Source of the DNA: Auanema rhodensis
Lineage: Eukaryota; Animalia; Nematoda
Length of the DNA stretch: 64,000 nt
Assembly (NCBI GenBank): GCA_964057225.1
Contig: OZ059896.1
Location: 9,176,001-9,240,000, forward strand
Direction of reading: 5' to 3'
This document shows, piece by piece, positions 58,952 through 64,000 of the stretch (position 1 is the first letter of the stretch; every line of letters starts with the position of its first letter). The notes below the pieces were generated by a model. The model saw only the letters and a list, made by a program, of their open reading frames with translations. It did no database searches and was not told the origin of the DNA. The position numbers and the translations under genes were made by a program.

Positions 58952-61900
58952 CTATATAACGATCATAGTATCGTTAAGGGGTAACCCTTGCTTATATAAA
59001 TGTATCAACTTTTGGAGTTGCTTCTGCTCATCCACACGTTCAAATACTGTTGGAGCTGAGAACAATATGCCTGAAATATAAGAATTATTGTCTTAATAAA
59101 GATAACTATAATGGAAAATTTGAGATTATTTAGTACTTGTATATAGAAACACATCGAAGCAATTTAAATGTTGTTGATATTGATGGGAACATTTTTCAGT
59201 TTTAAATGACTTTCAAAAACTAATTTCGAACACTAGTCATCAATTTAATTCAAATTTTATTGTTTAGCCCATATGTTGAATTTGATTTGATTGTTAAAGT
59301 TTCTAAATTGAAAGAAAACAAAATAATAAAAGTTATAAAACATATAAAGTATTATATACCGATTGTTCCACCTAATGTAATTCCAAAAAATCCATATAAT
59401 AGTAAACGATCAACTACCATTGCCACATATTTCCAATCATCTCGATACTGCAATATTTTAATTATTTTATTATAATTAATAGAATTAAACTAACTTGTTT
59501 TGTAATTTCTGCATCTTTCATGTTTTCTGTAATATAGTCTATAGCATCAATAGCTCTTTGAGCTTCTAATGATAATTCTTCTGTAGAATCATGTTGTATA
59601 CGAATTAATGGAGCTCCATCTCTGAAATTATTAGTTAAGCAATATGAAAGAAGAAGAAATTTCTCATACTTATGCTCTTTCGCACGACAATGAGGATGAT
59701 GAGTATGTGTAGCTATTTGACTATCTGGTGATTTAATTTTCTTTTTATGTAGAACATTAGCACGATGTGGACGTTGCATACACATTAATAAAGGTAAAAC
59801 CTATAAATATAAAATAAAAATATATAATTTGAATGATTAAAGACTTACATCTAAGAAAACAGTTCGAACCCATGGTGGTAAACGATGTGTGATAGGAGAA
59901 CGAAAATAGATATTACAAATGACAACGGTTACAACAATAGTTATAATATTCAAAACAAAAGTTAACAAAAGATATTTCGCTACCAGGGGTATAGATGATG
60001 ATGTTGGTGGAAGAATTTTTGAAACAAGTAATAGAAATACAACAATAGATAGAAGAACATTCATTGTTAATCCCATTTTTTCTCCTAAAAAAAAGTTTAA
60101 AAATTATTTTGAAGCTGTATTACCTGAAGCTGTTGGAAGATAGAATACAGTTACATTGAGAAATGCCATTAATACTGTTGGAAGTATTAATACAACTGTG
60201 TAGAAAAGAGTTTTTCGTCTGAATCATTGAATAATTTATATTTTGTTTTCTTATTTTCTAAATATTACCTAATACGAACTTGAAATTCTATTCTACTACG
60301 ATCTTCTGTCAAAACTGCTGGAGCATCCATCATATCCCATATACTACTTGTAGCATATTCCGAGAAATCAACACGATCAGCATGTAAGAAGTCTAATTTA
60401 ATTTCATCTCGATTGTACTTAAATATAATTTTTTAAAAATAAAAAGCTTCAGAATAGTTTTTTTCAAGAACTTACAGTCCAACTGCCAAAAGTTAAGCTA
60501 CAACGTTGATCATCAAATGGGAAAAATTCGACATCTGAATGAAATAATAATTATAAATTAATATAAAATATTAGATGATTACCTATAATGCAACTACTTT
60601 TATAAATGGCTGGTGGCACCCATAATACATCTCCAGTATGATGTATCAAAGCATTACACATAAATGATACTTCATAATTTCCATCAGCACTTAAATTTTT
60701 ATATAATTTTATGAATAAAAAGTATATAAATATATATTTTTACTTATTAAATAATACAATATCCGGTAACCAAATCTTATCTGGAGCTACACGTATTTGT
60801 GTTATTCCATCGTAATCTTTTGGTTCCCATTGCATTTGAAAATCATGCCATTTCTTAATAATTTTATAATTAATTAGTAATTAATTAGATAACCTACTAA
60901 GGTTAACCAAACATTCGTATGCATAACTTGTTCTTTTTCATCCTGAAATATAGGAAAAACATTAAATTTTTCGTTTAAAACTGGTTGTTATCTTACCACG
61001 TTGATCAAAAGTACTAACTGCATAGCAATTTTGATTATCATAGGAAGTTCTGTCTTGTTACGAACAGGTTGAACAAGTGAGTTATAACCTCGAAATAGAT
61101 CAACCATCAAACGATCTTCAGCATCTGTAGCTATTGATGTCATGATGACCTGCTTAACTATAATGAAAACATAAAGTAAATGAGAGAAGTCAATCTATCT
61201 ATTAACAGTTTCATTATCGAATTTATTTTTGAAACACATTCATAGTTTTTCATAGTTTACTTGCAAGCGGCAAGACAAAAAGAAATCGGAGCAAGAAAGA
61301 GAGAAAGAGAGAGGAAGAGAGAGAGATTGAGAAATGAAAGACCATATAGTGCCAAGCTGAGGAAGAAGCGAGCACAGACGGCTTTTGGATGTTTTCCACG
61401 TGAACGCACATACTAATCCTTCTCGTTTGGACAATGGATGGCCTTCTTCATGAGGCCTTCTTACATGAAAATATAGAAGAGACAAAACTAACATCTATCT
61501 TCTTTCGGTAATTCATACCCAATCTTCTAATGTTTTTTTTGTTCATTTTCTTGTTTTCTAATCATGTAAACGAAAACATAAAAGAACAAAAAAAAACAAA
61601 AATAATCATCATTCACACGTCTTTCTCTCACACACCCAAATAGTTTTTTTGTTCTTTTTGGATTTTTAAAATTTTCAATTTGGCTAGGCATCCTGATTCT
61701 CACTTCTAAAACAACAACACCATCAAATTCGATCATTCTTTTCATATTTCAATGTCTTTTTTTTGTTGAAGTTTTGATTGAAAAAATTGGGTTGGTTGAA
61801 GACTATAGAATTTGAAATTAAATCAAATTGATTCAAACAGCTAGATAACTATACAACTATAGATATGTATATATCTAACTGACTATGTATGTATATTCGT

Positions 61901-62613
61901 TAACTTATAAGATTCAATTGAAAATTTGTAGTTTTCAAGTTGTTCTCAGCTTTAAGTGGTATTGTCAATTAAATAGAAATAGTTGCCAAATAGATTTCAA
62001 ACTGAAACTCAAATGGACTTCCAAAAATGGGGTAAGTGAGAATGGAGAGATTCATTGATGCTTTACCAACTAATCTCGTCAGCCTATTAGACAGCTTCTA
62101 TTGGGTAGTTCGAAAATCTTAGTGGAATGAGAATAAAGAACATAACGGCAACAAACGCTTACAAAACTTTCATATTGGATGGAAGATGGGTATCATTTAA
62201 GGATTTAGATAGATTTAAACAAAGTAATTATTTATTTTTATTTAGATATTAAAATAAACTATATGTATATATTTATATTTATTTATAGTAAATATACATA
62301 TACATACATACATCTATCTAAATTCATAATTTTACTTAAATTTCTTCATAAAATAGTCCGACTATAAGGTTTGAAAATGTTTTTGTAGAGAAGAAAATAT
62401 AATTTTTGGAGCAAGCAAGAAGAAGAGGAGGGAGATGTTTTGAGTTAAAACATCAAGAAAGGAGTATATAGGATATAGATATTTCCTATAAGATACTATA
62501 AAATAATAGAAAATTTATATAATATTTGTTATTTGAAAATTTTAAAAATTTAAAAAAGAATTCTTACCTGTACAGCATACTATTAGCAACAAAAATATAG
62601 ATGAATAATTCAT
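58952..62613 (-). CDS. lev-1: Non-alpha nicotinic acetylcholine receptor subunit LEV-1
   Basis: Signal exon [15 protein letters not shown]; [23 protein letters not shown]; Cys-loop [15 protein letters not shown]; no vicinal CC; M2 [21 protein letters not shown]; M4 [16 protein letters not shown]. Confidence 0.92.
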
Positions 62614-64000
62614 AGTGAATGATTATATATAATAAAGGAATGTAATTTTAAAATATATGAAACATAAGAAATGTTGTTCTTATTGGAATATATTCAATAT
62701 AGTTACTGATCAGTTAAGTTTATGGAATTCTGAATTCACACACTACTTCCAATAGAGTTTCAATCAAATTCAACAGATGAGCAGAAGGTAAGAAATCGAT
62801 AAATCTCAGACGATTGGAACAATTGGCTGAGTTGCTCCAGGAAAGACAAGTGAACAGCAAGAGGAATTTAGAAGAGAACGCAGTGATAGACAGAGACAAG
62901 GAAAGAGTAATAGAAGTTGAAAGAAATAAGAGAGAGATTGAATAGGAGGGTGAGAGTAAAGCAGATTTAAAGAAGGACCAGCCGTGCTTCTAACACACAA
63001 ACCCACAGAAATGTCCCGAGAAGTGGAGTAAGAGCCAGAGAGAGACTGAATGTTTGAATTCGTTTGAAGAGAGAAAAGTAGAAAGAGTTGAGATTAGAAG
63101 GAAAGGATTAGTGAACCGAAGATAAACATGTCCTAATTCTGATTTATTTTGAAATTTCCATATTTAATTTTAGACAAAAAAAAAAAGTTTCATTTTAAAT
63201 ATATTTCAAATATACTTAAATGTAAGTTTTAAACTTGTTATTCAAGCTGTCAGATATCTGCTCAGATTTCTTATAAGTATATTCTCTTACACTTTATGTA
63301 ATTTGATCTGTTGGAGTAGATAGTTTTGAATACTTTTAATTGTCAAAGAATACTTAATTATTATTTTCATTCTTAACTTGAAATATTAACGATTTTTAAA
63401 CTTCTTTAACTTTTCTTAAAAGCTTAAAAGTATAGAATTAATCCAAGAGGGGTTTTACTTGATATGTATTACTTACATTTAAAATCTTATATAGTTTTAA
63501 TATACTTAATATCAATATTTATTATTAAAATAATCATATATTACAATATTTTAAAGAATATTCTTAAACAAATTGAATAAAAGTTAATTAATTTTCATTC
63601 AAAATACAAAAAAAAAGATTGGAATTGATAAAAGTGATCATATCATCAGTTTTTTTTATAAAATAATAACTATCTATCTATAATTCTTAAATTTAAAATG
63701 AATGAAGATTGTATAAATTATATGAAATTTTGGAAACAAACAGGACTTGTTTTAATTATAAAAAGGTGAAATAATTCCAAAGTTTTTATAAAGAAAATCA
63801 AATTGAATAATACATACATAGATACATGTATGTATGTCATTGTATACACCTTCGTTTTCACAACAAAAAAAAAACAATTTAAAATTAATATTTTAAAAAT
63901 TAATTTAAAATATTTAAAAATTAATTATTATTTCTTATCTATAAAATATAAATTAGTAATATATATCTGTAGTAATTTAGATTAAAATGTGGAAAATGTG

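Overview
AT-rich eukaryotic genomic DNA from a rhabditid (clade V-like) nematode, judged from gene content and very dense 40-50 nt introns with TTTCAG/TAG/AAG acceptors. No prokaryotic features are present. I spliced the genes by hand, so family and gene names come from motif recognition, not database searches. Genes found: the 3' end of a membrane protein, a ZIP-3/ATF5-like bZIP, a FAAH amidase, POP4/Rpp29, a ZC3H18-like protein, mex-1, a REEP(TB2/DP1)+MSP protein, a membrane-anchored aromatic amino-acid decarboxylase (hdl-1-like), a P-glycoprotein (pgp-1-like), a histidine acid phosphatase, PYROXD2, tRNA-Leu(AAG), a cytidine deaminase, a Shavenoid-like type I membrane protein, an RPamide-like neuropeptide precursor and the nAChR subunit lev-1. 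The most notable items the ORF track misses are: (1) two alternative first coding exons of the bZIP gene, each carrying uORFs, including a spliced 37-codon uORF that overlaps the main start in ATF4 style; (2) three phase-matched alternative first exons of the P-glycoprotein; (3) a candidate SmY-like snRNA; (4) a signal peptide-ectodomain-TM-decarboxylase protein whose frame needs a GT-TG intron; (5) an RPamide-like precursor with an atypical C-terminal context.
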